A DNA stretch of 64,000 nt from Oscillospiraceae bacterium (GTDB lineage: Bacteria; Bacillota; Clostridia; Oscillospirales; Oscillospiraceae), in NCBI GenBank assembly GCA_017518225.1, contig JAFWVV010000038.1:981-64980 (forward strand), read 5' to 3'. How positions within the stretch are numbered: position 1 is the stretch's first letter; every line of letters starts with the position of its first letter. Below, one piece after another: positions 18,701 through 26,435 of this stretch. The notes beneath the pieces are model-generated. The model was not told the DNA's origin. It made no database searches and worked only from the letters and a program-made list of their open reading frames with translations. Both the position numbers and the translations under genes were made by a program.

Positions 18701-19669
18701 TTACATAATATTATTACGGTATACTGATGCAGCTTCTACACAGCGGCGCATGAACGCAACCGCCTCCACCGGATAGTCCCCGGCGGCGGTCTCGTTGGTC
18801 AGCATCACAGAGCTGACGCCGTCGAGCACCGCGTTAAAGATATCGCTCATCTCGGCACGCGTCGGAATGGGGCTATGCTCCATCGAAGCGAGCATCTGCG
18901 TGACGACCATAAACGGCTTGTGATGTTCGCGGCAGCAGGCGGCGATGCGCTTTTGCACGCCCGGCAGTTCCCACAGCGGCACGGCGTTGCCGAGGTCGCC
19001 GCGCGCAACGATCATTTCGTCGGCAGCGTCCAGCAGCTCAGGCAACTGATCCACGCCCTCGCGGTTTTCGATCTTCGCAAAGATGCGAATCGACTCTCCC
19101 CCGTTTTCATCCAGCACACGCCGCAGCTGCTCCAGATCGCCGCGGCTGCGGACAAAGGGCTGCATCACCCCCGTCACGCCGCAGCCGACCGCCTGCGCCA
19201 GCGCTTTCCGGTCATCCCGCGTCAGCGTCGGCAGATGAATGGAAAGCCCCGGCAGCGCAATACTTTTTCGGCTGTGCAATACGCCGCCGCGCAGCACCAG
19301 CGCACGGTTTTGATCCTGCGCGCACAGCAGCAGCTTTCCGTCATCCAGCAAAAGCTCCTGGCCGCGCGCAATGTGCTCGCGAAGCTCCGGCGGGATAAAA
19401 TCCAGCGAGACGGATGCGCCCTCTGTCAGTTCGACGGCTTGACGAAGTCTGCCGATACGCAGCTCCGGACCTTGTAAATCGATCAGCAATTCCGGACTCA
19501 CACCCCGGCTTTGCCCGGCCTGCGCCAGCGCCTCCAACCAAGGCTCCGCCTCCTGCAGCGTCATGTGCGAAAGGTTGAGACGAACGCCGTTCATGCCCGC
19601 GTCCAGCATACGCGCGAGCGTCTCCGTCTGCGCGCATGCCGGGCCGAGCGTTGCATACAGCTTGACCAT
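18701..19669 (-). CDS. pyruvate kinase catalytic-barrel protein lacking the C-terminal domain
   Basis: Motifs NLSHM, DLQGPELR, KIEN, IVARGDLG, VTQMLASM, PTRAE in pyruvate-kinase order. Only 322 aa. Start is 3 nt after the upstream aminopeptidase stop. Confidence 0.75.
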   Translation of the reverse strand: MVKLYATLGPACAQTETLARMLDAGMNGVRLNLSHMTLQEAEPWLEALAQAGQSRGVSPELLIDLQGPELRIGRLRQAVELTEGASVSLDFIPPELREHIARGQELLLDDGKLLLCAQDQNRALVLRGGVLHSRKSIALPGLSIHLPTLTRDDRKALAQAVGCGVTGVMQPFVRSRGDLEQLRRVLDENGGESIRIFAKIENREGVDQLPELLDAADEMIVARGDLGNAVPLWELPGVQKRIAACCREHHKPFMVVTQMLASMEHSPIPTRAEMSDIFNAVLDGVSSVMLTNETAAGDYPVEAVAFMRRCVEAASVYRNNIM

Positions 19670-19672
19670 GTC

Positions 19673-21496
19673 TTATTTCACGATCGGCGCAGTCTCTTCG
19701 CGCAGCCAAAGCTTTTCCTGCTCGCTCATATAGGGTGACAGCCGCTCGTACACCGTCGCGTGATAGGCGTTAAGCTGCTCGATCTCGCGCTCGGTCAGCA
19801 TCTCCGGCAGGATCGCGCGGCGCTCATAGGGCGCCATCGTCACCATCTCAAAGCCCATGAACTGGCCGTAATCCGTCTGCTTGCCCTTGACGCAGAGCAT
19901 CAGATTTTCAATGCGGATGCCGTAGTCTCCGGCGAGATACAAGCCGGGCTCGTTGGAGGTCAGCATCCCCTCCTGCAGCGCAGCGCCGTTGCCCACATCC
20001 TTCAGCCGGAAGCCTTGAGGCCCCTCGTGCACGTTCAGCAGATAGCCGACGCCGTGGCCTGTGCCGTGGTTGTAGTCCAACCCCAGTTCCCACAGCGGCA
20101 TACGCGCAAGTACGTCCAGATTGACGCCGGTGCAGCCCTGCTTATAGGTCGCCGCCGCCAGATCCAGATGTCCGCGCAGCACGGCGGTGTAATGACGCTT
20201 CTGCTCCTCGCTCAAATTGCCGACGGCGATGGTTCGGGTAATGTCCGTCGTGCCCTCGTAGTACTGTCCGCCGGTATCGACCAGCAGGAAGCTGTCCATC
20301 TTGACGGGGATATTGCTCTCCTCGTCCGCACCGTAATGCACGATGGCGCCGTGTTCCCCGGCCGCAACGATGGGCGAAAAGCTCTGATCGAGAAAATGCG
20401 TACGCTCCTTGCGAAAGCCCAGCAGCGTATCGCTCACGTCGAGCTCCGTCACCTCGCCGCGTGCAAGCGTTCCGGCACGCTCCTGCTCGCGCACCCAGTA
20501 GATCAGCTTTGTGACCGCCACGCCGTCCTGCACGTGGGCAAGGCGGACGTTTTGCATCTCCACGGGGTTTTTGACGGCTTTGGCCGGCGTCGTCGGATTG
20601 ACCTTGTCGATCAGCCGGACGCGCTCCCCCGCCGCAACGATCAACGCCACATTCGTCTTCGCGCGACTGAGCAGCAGCTTGCTGTCCGCCGGCAGCGTTT
20701 TCAGATCCTCATAGACCTGCAGATAGGGGCGCAGGCTCACGCCGTCAGCGTTCAGACGCGACAAAAGCTCCTGAGAAATCGCTTCGGGCGCGGCGTAGAG
20801 CACCGCCTCCGTTGCGGAAATCAGGCTGTAGGCCATGAATACCGGGCTGTAGGCGACGTCGCTGCCGCGCAGGTTATACAGCCAGGCCAAATCGTCCAGC
20901 GAAGCCAGCAGATGAAAGTCCGCGCCGCTCTCCGCCATCGCCGCGCGCAGCTCCTTCAGCTTGTCTGCACGGCTCTTTCCGGCATAGACCTCGTCCAGCT
21001 CCCAGATCGGATGGGCCGGAAACGCCGGCCGGTCCTCCCAGAGCTCGCCGATCAGATCGAGCGTTTCCACAAAGCGGACAGCCTTATCGCCCAGCACCTT
21101 TTTCAGATTGCGCGCATAGGCGTCGGACACCGTGCGTCCGTCGTAGCCGAGGCAGCCGCCCTCCGGCAGCACCTGCTTCAAATAGTCGGGAATCGCAGGT
21201 ACGCCGGGCTCGCCCATCTTCTGCAGCGCGATCCCCGAGCCCTTCAGCTGCTCTGCAGCGGCGAGGAAATAACGCCCGTCCGTCCAAAGCCCGGCCTCCT
21301 CCGCCGTCACGACCAGCGTTCCGGCAGAGCCGTGGAAGCCGGAAATCCAGCCGCGGCACTTGAAATAGTCGTCCACATATTCCGAAGCGTGGAAATCATC
21401 GGTCAGCACGAGATAGGCGTCTACGCCCTCCTCGCGCATCCGCGCGCGCAGTGCGTCCAGTCTCTGGGGAACGCTGTTTAGCTCCTGTTTTGCCAT
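19673..21496 (-). CDS. M24B family Xaa-Pro aminopeptidase (aminopeptidase P-like)
   Basis: 607 aa with a C-terminal pita-bread domain containing HGTGHGVGYLLNVHEGP and SNEPGLY motifs. GGGAGA SD. Confidence 0.85.
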   Translation of the reverse strand: MAKQELNSVPQRLDALRARMREEGVDAYLVLTDDFHASEYVDDYFKCRGWISGFHGSAGTLVVTAEEAGLWTDGRYFLAAAEQLKGSGIALQKMGEPGVPAIPDYLKQVLPEGGCLGYDGRTVSDAYARNLKKVLGDKAVRFVETLDLIGELWEDRPAFPAHPIWELDEVYAGKSRADKLKELRAAMAESGADFHLLASLDDLAWLYNLRGSDVAYSPVFMAYSLISATEAVLYAAPEAISQELLSRLNADGVSLRPYLQVYEDLKTLPADSKLLLSRAKTNVALIVAAGERVRLIDKVNPTTPAKAVKNPVEMQNVRLAHVQDGVAVTKLIYWVREQERAGTLARGEVTELDVSDTLLGFRKERTHFLDQSFSPIVAAGEHGAIVHYGADEESNIPVKMDSFLLVDTGGQYYEGTTDITRTIAVGNLSEEQKRHYTAVLRGHLDLAAATYKQGCTGVNLDVLARMPLWELGLDYNHGTGHGVGYLLNVHEGPQGFRLKDVGNGAALQEGMLTSNEPGLYLAGDYGIRIENLMLCVKGKQTDYGQFMGFEMVTMAPYERRAILPEMLTEREIEQLNAYHATVYERLSPYMSEQEKLWLREETAPIVK

Positions 21497-21615
21497 AGAT
21501 CGTTGTCTCCCTTCATTTTTCTTTTTCAGTTTATATTAGCTTATATTAGCATATTTACTTCATGATTGCCAGCCTTGGCTCCATCGGCGCGATTTTTTGC
21601 CGAAACGCATCGTTT

Positions 21616-22077
21616 TCAAAGCTCTCGCCAGTCGATCAAGCGCTCTAACGCGCGCGCAAAATCCTCCAGCCCCCGCTCGTCCGCTTCCGTAAAGCGCTGC
21701 AGGCGCGGGCTGTCGATGTCCAGTACGCCCATCACCTTCCCCGCGCGGTGCAGCGGAATCACGATCTCGGCATTTGATGCGCCGTCGCAGGCGATATGCC
21801 CCGGGAAGGCGTGCACGTCCGCTACGCGCTGCGTGCGATCCTCCGCCGCAGCCGTGCCGCAAACGCCTTTGCCCCAGGGGATGCGCACGCAGGCGATCTT
21901 CCCCTGAAAGGGGCCGAGCAGCAGGCTCTCGCCTTCGCGCAGATAAAAGCCCGCCCAGTTCAAGTCCGGCAGTGTATCATATAACAGCGCCGCGCTGTTG
22001 GCCAGCAGCGGCAGCCAATGCCGCTCTCCCTCCGCGAGCGCTTCCAGCTGTTCGCAAAGCAACGAATAGTCCGTCAT
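21616..22077 (-). CDS. GAF-domain protein (free methionine-R-sulfoxide reductase-like)
   Basis: NWAGFYL...GPFQGKIACVRIPWGKGVCG resembles the YebR/MsrC GAF family. ATG 22077 has better SD spacing than 22083. Confidence 0.7.
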   Translation of the reverse strand: MTDYSLLCEQLEALAEGERHWLPLLANSAALLYDTLPDLNWAGFYLREGESLLLGPFQGKIACVRIPWGKGVCGTAAAEDRTQRVADVHAFPGHIACDGASNAEIVIPLHRAGKVMGVLDIDSPRLQRFTEADERGLEDFARALERLIDWREL

Positions 22078-22187
22078 CTGCATCCTCTCCTTTGGCCTTA
22101 TTCTATCACCGATTGCCGCGCAACACAAGCGTGGAAAAACGCGTCGAACAAAATATCGACGCGTTTTATCTATGAAATTTTGACTGC

Positions 22188-23792
22188 TCAGGAAAGCACA
22201 ACGACTCCCGTTAGCTTATTGCGAACCGTCTCTTTCAAATGGTGCGTAATGAGAATGATACACATATTTGGCATATCCAACAAAGCATTTTCTATCTCCA
22301 TGGCGTTTGCTTCATCCAACGCGGAGGTTCCCTCGTCCAAAATGATGTACTGAACCTCGCGGATAAGCCCTCGTGCAAGCGCGATCCGCTGTCTTTGTCC
22401 TCCGGATAGGTTTTTGCCATTTTCATTGATGATAGTATCCAAGCCGTCCGGCAAAGAAACAAACCACTCCTTTAGGCAGCATTTTTCAATGACTTTCATG
22501 ATTTGCTCATCCGTATAATCCTGTCCAAGTGTAATGTTAAACCGAAGTGTATCTTGAAACAGATACACCTGTTGCTCCACATATGCGATCTTTTCGTACA
22601 AACTTGTCATTCGTACGCTTTTTTGTTCCAACTCTCCATACCAAACATTTCCGCTATAGCCCGGAAGCAAGCCCAACAGGATTTTTACCAGCGTCGATTT
22701 TCCGCTGCCGCTATTGCCTGTAATCGCGTACTTGCCGCCGGCACAAAACATTTCGTTTCGATTCACCAGCACCGAATGGTCTTCATACTGAAACGACACG
22801 TTCTCAAAGCGTATCTCGGATATAACAGGCAAGTCGTTTCCCCCCTCGGGCGCGGCGACGATTTCACCGGCAAACTTTTCCCATAGCGGTTTGGATGCTT
22901 TCACTGTCATAAAGCCCTGCACAAAACTGCCTGCGCCGTTGAAAAAGCTGCCTGCAAGATTGCCTACGGAAAGCGCCGCTCCTGCGGAACACGCGCCAAG
23001 CACAGCAGCCAGAAAAGTCACCAGCAGCAGAACAACCTGTCCAACCATGCTGACCGTGGCGATCAGAATCTGCACCGAGGTATTGGTTCGATTGTAACGA
23101 AAAATCACCTGCTCGGCCTTTTCGGATGCCGCGACAATACGCTCACAGATGCGGCCGCGCAAATTACTCAAAAAGAAGATGCCGCTGCCCATGATCACAT
23201 CCTTATAGCTTTCCGTACTGACTTCCATGGCGCCGGATCTCTCGGCATTCGCCTTTTCAAGCCGCCTGTTTGCAAGCTGCGGAAGCACCGAAATGATCAC
23301 CAGCAAAATAACAGCAGCTAAACCGATATAGAAGCTCAGCATGCAAAGAGCCACCAGAGAAAAAATTGCAATTGCTATGTTTTCTATTCCCGAAAACAGC
23401 GCGGCAAAGGATTGCTGGTAAAGCGCATCCACATCATTGGTCAGCCAAGACACATAGTGGCCGCTGTCCTTGCCGGAAAACGCAGTGTATGTCATCGCTC
23501 CTATTTTATTTCCGATCATTGTGCGCAATTCATTTTTGATTATTTGCTGGATTTTTGCCTTTGCCAACAGCGACATATAATACAGCAGCATAGCAAACAG
23601 CCAAATGGCCAATACTATCAAAAAGCTGAACACGAGCGTTTTTGCCTTGTCTCCCTCCGCTTCATAGGCCGTAAAAAGGAAGGAGAGCGAATAGCCCGCA
23701 AACACCATTGAAAGGGACGTCAAAATGCCGAGCATTGACACTGCCGTAATTCTTACGAAGTACTTCCGCACAAATGCTTTATACTGTATCAT
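22188..23792 (-). CDS. fused ABC exporter (6-TM domain + ATPase)
   Basis: N-terminal TM helices, Walker A GNSGSGKST, signature LSGGQRQRIALARGL, Walker B ILDEGTSALD. Starts at 23798 or 23792 overlap the regulator stop (23779). No C39 peptidase domain is visible. Confidence 0.85.
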   Translation of the reverse strand: MIQYKAFVRKYFVRITAVSMLGILTSLSMVFAGYSLSFLFTAYEAEGDKAKTLVFSFLIVLAIWLFAMLLYYMSLLAKAKIQQIIKNELRTMIGNKIGAMTYTAFSGKDSGHYVSWLTNDVDALYQQSFAALFSGIENIAIAIFSLVALCMLSFYIGLAAVILLVIISVLPQLANRRLEKANAERSGAMEVSTESYKDVIMGSGIFFLSNLRGRICERIVAASEKAEQVIFRYNRTNTSVQILIATVSMVGQVVLLLVTFLAAVLGACSAGAALSVGNLAGSFFNGAGSFVQGFMTVKASKPLWEKFAGEIVAAPEGGNDLPVISEIRFENVSFQYEDHSVLVNRNEMFCAGGKYAITGNSGSGKSTLVKILLGLLPGYSGNVWYGELEQKSVRMTSLYEKIAYVEQQVYLFQDTLRFNITLGQDYTDEQIMKVIEKCCLKEWFVSLPDGLDTIINENGKNLSGGQRQRIALARGLIREVQYIILDEGTSALDEANAMEIENALLDMPNMCIILITHHLKETVRNKLTGVVVLS

Positions 23793-24879
23793 GAACATAT
23801 TCCTCCATCAATTCGCACCATATATCCCATAGTCCATGGATCCCGTCATCTGGATACATTCTGCGCTCCAGGCAGTTTATGGCAGTTTTCCCATATTCAT
23901 CGTACCGCGGCGGCTGATCCACCTTGAGCGCGGCATAAAACTTCATATCGGCAATTTCTCCCGGTTCAGCACGATCATAGCGCAGCGCCTTGCCGACAGC
24001 CTCTTTCATGTAGAACCTTGCTTTATCAAAATCTCCCCTGCAGCAGCAGCACTCTGCCATCGTCTCCAGCAGGACGCAATCGTATTTATCAAACCAGGTC
24101 AGGCTCTCTTCCGGCTGGATCCCCCGCAGAACAACACGGAGCCAGCGCAGACAGTCCTCCGCCTTTTGATAGTCCCTGCGCTGAAAAAACACATTTGCAT
24201 AGCCAATCATAATATCGTTGATCTTTTTGGTAAATTCAGAAAAAGCCTGCTTCAGATAGGGTTCCGCCGATTCCGTATCGTGGAGATAATCCGCAAACAC
24301 CATGCCGATCCTTGCATTATTTACGCCAAAATAATTATATTTTTTTAAAATGCGCAGCGCGGCCTTAGTGTTTTTCAGGCGCAAGTACACATCGGCCATC
24401 ATTGCTCGGATCGACAGCTCGCTGATATCTTCGTCCTGGTTTTGCTCTATCAGCTCACAGGCATGGTCCAGCAATTCAACGGCGCGGACATTTGCCTGTC
24501 GTTTTCCTTCCGTTTCCCCCAGCTTTGCATATACAAGCGCACTTTGATAAACAATGGAAAAGCTGTTGGGAAAACTCTTTAACGCCTTTTCCGCTTCCCT
24601 TACGGCATCATCGTATTTTTCTTCTTGCATCAATCTGTCAATAAGCTCCTGCGCTGATATAAGGTCATGATTTCTCCACTCGTACCCGAGCAAAACATCG
24701 GTGGAGGTGTGAAACAGATCTGCCATTTCCAAAATCAAACGAAGCTCGGGGCTGGATTGTCCCGATTCCCATTTATAAACCGCGCTGGTACTGACTCCCA
24801 TTGCTTCCGCCAACTGTTCCTGCGTCATTTTGGCGCTTTTACGAAAATGCTTAATATTTTCAGCCAACTTCAATTCCAT
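23779..24879 (-). CDS. XRE-family HTH regulator with long helical (TPR-like) C-terminal domain; RRNPP-like architecture
   Basis: HTH MTQEQLAEAMGVSTSAVYKWESGQSSP is followed by about 300 aa of helical repeats (YDDAVREAEKALK..., DYQKAEDCLRWL..., GDFDKARFYMKEA...). Start taken at ATG 24879, 7 nt after GAGGAGGT. Confidence 0.75.
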   Translation of the reverse strand: MELKLAENIKHFRKSAKMTQEQLAEAMGVSTSAVYKWESGQSSPELRLILEMADLFHTSTDVLLGYEWRNHDLISAQELIDRLMQEEKYDDAVREAEKALKSFPNSFSIVYQSALVYAKLGETEGKRQANVRAVELLDHACELIEQNQDEDISELSIRAMMADVYLRLKNTKAALRILKKYNYFGVNNARIGMVFADYLHDTESAEPYLKQAFSEFTKKINDIMIGYANVFFQRRDYQKAEDCLRWLRVVLRGIQPEESLTWFDKYDCVLLETMAECCCCRGDFDKARFYMKEAVGKALRYDRAEPGEIADMKFYAALKVDQPPRYDEYGKTAINCLERRMYPDDGIHGLWDIWCELMEEYVHDTV

Positions 24880-24939
24880 CGAATACACCTCCTCGTTTTA
24901 TGGCTAAAGTGTAGCATACAGCCGCATAAAACAGAACAG

Positions 24940-24993
24940 ATGAACAGTAAAAAACAGAAAAAAAATTTTTTACTTTTATTGTGTGTTTCCTGA
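24940..24993 (+). CDS. candidate 17-aa peptide MNSKKQKKNFLLLLCVS (speculative pheromone/leader-like ORF)
   Basis: ATG 24940 to TGA 24991-24993, divergent from the regulator (60 nt between start codons). Basic N-half and hydrophobic C-half. The stop lies 4 nt before the 24998-25044 hairpin, which has a plus-strand T-run. No good SD is present. Confidence 0.3.
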   Translation: MNSKKQKKNFLLLLCVS

Positions 24994-24997
24994 AAAT

Positions 24998-25044
24998 AGC
25001 AAGCACGGAATATATCGGATAATCCGTCATATTCCGTGCTTGCT
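24998..25044. terminator. bidirectional terminator
   Basis: Perfect 16-bp stem AGCAAGCACGGAATAT / ATATTCCGTGCTTGCT. TATTTT follows on the plus strand and TATTTTCA on the minus strand. Confidence 0.8.
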
Positions 25045-25050
25045 TATTTT

Positions 25051-25227
25051 CTATTGCTGATGCTCCTGCGCGCAGTCGTCCAGCACGCGAAAGCCCATCC
25101 GTCCCGGTTCGGCCACGTCGAATTTGGCGATGGACGTGCTGTCAAAATCCTCGCACAGACGCTGCTCCGGATCAGCGCGCAGCTCGCTGTTTTTGCAGCG
25201 ATAGGGGTCTTTTTTTCGTTTTCCCAT
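25051..25227 (-). CDS. small hypothetical protein (58 aa, 3 Cys)
   Basis: MGKRKKDPYRCKNSELRADPEQRLCEDFDSTSIAKFDVAEPGRMGFRVLDDCAQEHQQ. Strong SD GAGGTGAT lies 5 nt before ATG 25227. Lies 40 nt downstream of dus and is followed by the terminator. Confidence 0.55.
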   Translation of the reverse strand: MGKRKKDPYRCKNSELRADPEQRLCEDFDSTSIAKFDVAEPGRMGFRVLDDCAQEHQQ

Positions 25228-25267
25228 TCGGATCACCTCGCGTAAAGCTTGTGTGCTTTTTCGCCGT

Positions 25268-26224
25268 TTATCCGTCAAAGCCCCGCAATGAATCAAAAAT
25301 TGCCTCGTCAAACAGCCGCGCCGTCGCGTCGCGATAATCGCTCAGCTCCCGGGCTTTGTAGACCGCCTTCATTGTCTTTTCACTGCCGGGGAACAGGCGG
25401 GAAAAATAAAACCAGAGCTCTTTCATCCGCGCCATTGCGTACTGCGGCGCAAGCCCCTCCGCCAGCGCCTCCTCCAGAAGCTGCCCGTGAAATTCGCGCA
25501 GCTCTTCCCGTTGCAGCGCCCGACCGCCTTTGAGCTGTCGAAAAAGCGCGGGATTCGCGACTGCGCCGCGTCCGAGCATCACCCGCTGCAAAGCGGGAAA
25601 GCGCGCGGCAAGCGCATCCAGATCATGCCCGGTAAACACATTTCCATTATAACAAATCGGACAGCGGCAAGCCCGCAGCGCCTCAGCAAAGCCCCCGAGA
25701 TCCGGCTCGCTCCGGTACATCCCGACGCGGTCTCGCGCGTGGACAATCAATTCCTTAACGGGATAGCGCTGATAGATGGCAAGAATCCGGGGAAATTCGT
25801 CCGTGCTGTTCAGACCCATGCGGGTTTTGATGGAAATCTCCAGCGGGCAGCGATCAAAGACCTCGTCCAAAAAAGCCGCCAGCGTATCCAGATCCGCAAG
25901 CATGCCCGCGCCTTTATGCTTGGCGACCACCGTGCCGGATGGACAGCCCGCGTTGAGATTGACCTCGGTGTATCCAAGCTCCGCCAGCGTCTCCGCCGCG
26001 CCGAGAAAAGCCGAAGCGCTATTTGCTAAAATCTGCGGCACGAGCGAAATGCCGCGGTTGTTGTCCGGCAGGAGCGCGCGCAGATGGCTCTGTTTGAAGC
26101 GTCCTCCGGCGTCCGGCGCGATAAAGGGGGCGTAGTATTGATCCGCTTCCGGAAACATCCGTCGATGCACACGCCGAAAGCCGGCTCCTGTGATTCCCTC
26201 CATAGGCGCAAAGCTTAAGAACAT
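25268..26224 (-). CDS. dus: tRNA-dihydrouridine synthase family protein
   Basis: MFLSFAPMEGITGAGFRR N-terminus and a TIM-barrel flavoenzyme pattern. Start at Met57 of the track ORF with SD AGAGGTGA. Confidence 0.8.
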   Translation of the reverse strand: MFLSFAPMEGITGAGFRRVHRRMFPEADQYYAPFIAPDAGGRFKQSHLRALLPDNNRGISLVPQILANSASAFLGAAETLAELGYTEVNLNAGCPSGTVVAKHKGAGMLADLDTLAAFLDEVFDRCPLEISIKTRMGLNSTDEFPRILAIYQRYPVKELIVHARDRVGMYRSEPDLGGFAEALRACRCPICYNGNVFTGHDLDALAARFPALQRVMLGRGAVANPALFRQLKGGRALQREELREFHGQLLEEALAEGLAPQYAMARMKELWFYFSRLFPGSEKTMKAVYKARELSDYRDATARLFDEAIFDSLRGFDG

Positions 26225-26294
26225 CGTTTCACCTCTTTTTCCTACACTATACACCATCCATCGAAAAAGGAAAAGAAAAATATACAGAAAGCAC

Positions 26295-26323
26295 TTGGAT
26301 TGTTCACAATTGCGGGATATAAT
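26295..26323 (+). promoter_or_regulatory. sigma-A-like promoter
   Basis: TTGGAT (26295-26300), 17-nt spacer, TATAAT (26318-26323). The palindromic element starts about 10 nt downstream. Confidence 0.55.
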
Positions 26324-26332
26324 AAAAATTAA

Positions 26333-26402
26333 GTAAACGATGATTAAATCGGCGAGAGCAGATTTTCCGGAAAATGCCGAAGGCGTTTTCATCAGCGTTT
26401 AC
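26333..26402. repeat. ~70-nt palindromic element, third copy of the 4243-4401 family
   Basis: GTAAACGATGATTAAATCGGCGAGAGCAGATTTTCCGGAAAATGCCGAAGGCGTTTTCATCAGCGTTTAC. The arms pair over most of their length. Confidence 0.8.
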
Positions 26403-26435
26403 TTAGATCAAATCCAACGAGGGAGGTGGCGCGTT

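Noticed and set aside
26340-26435. Track start ATG 26340 (MIKSARADFPENAEGVFISVYLDQIQRGRWRV) for the coiled-coil membrane protein
   Set aside because: These codons lie inside the palindromic repeat element, whose other copies are clearly non-coding. The real SD (GGGAGGTGG) sits downstream at 26421-26429 in front of GTG 26436.
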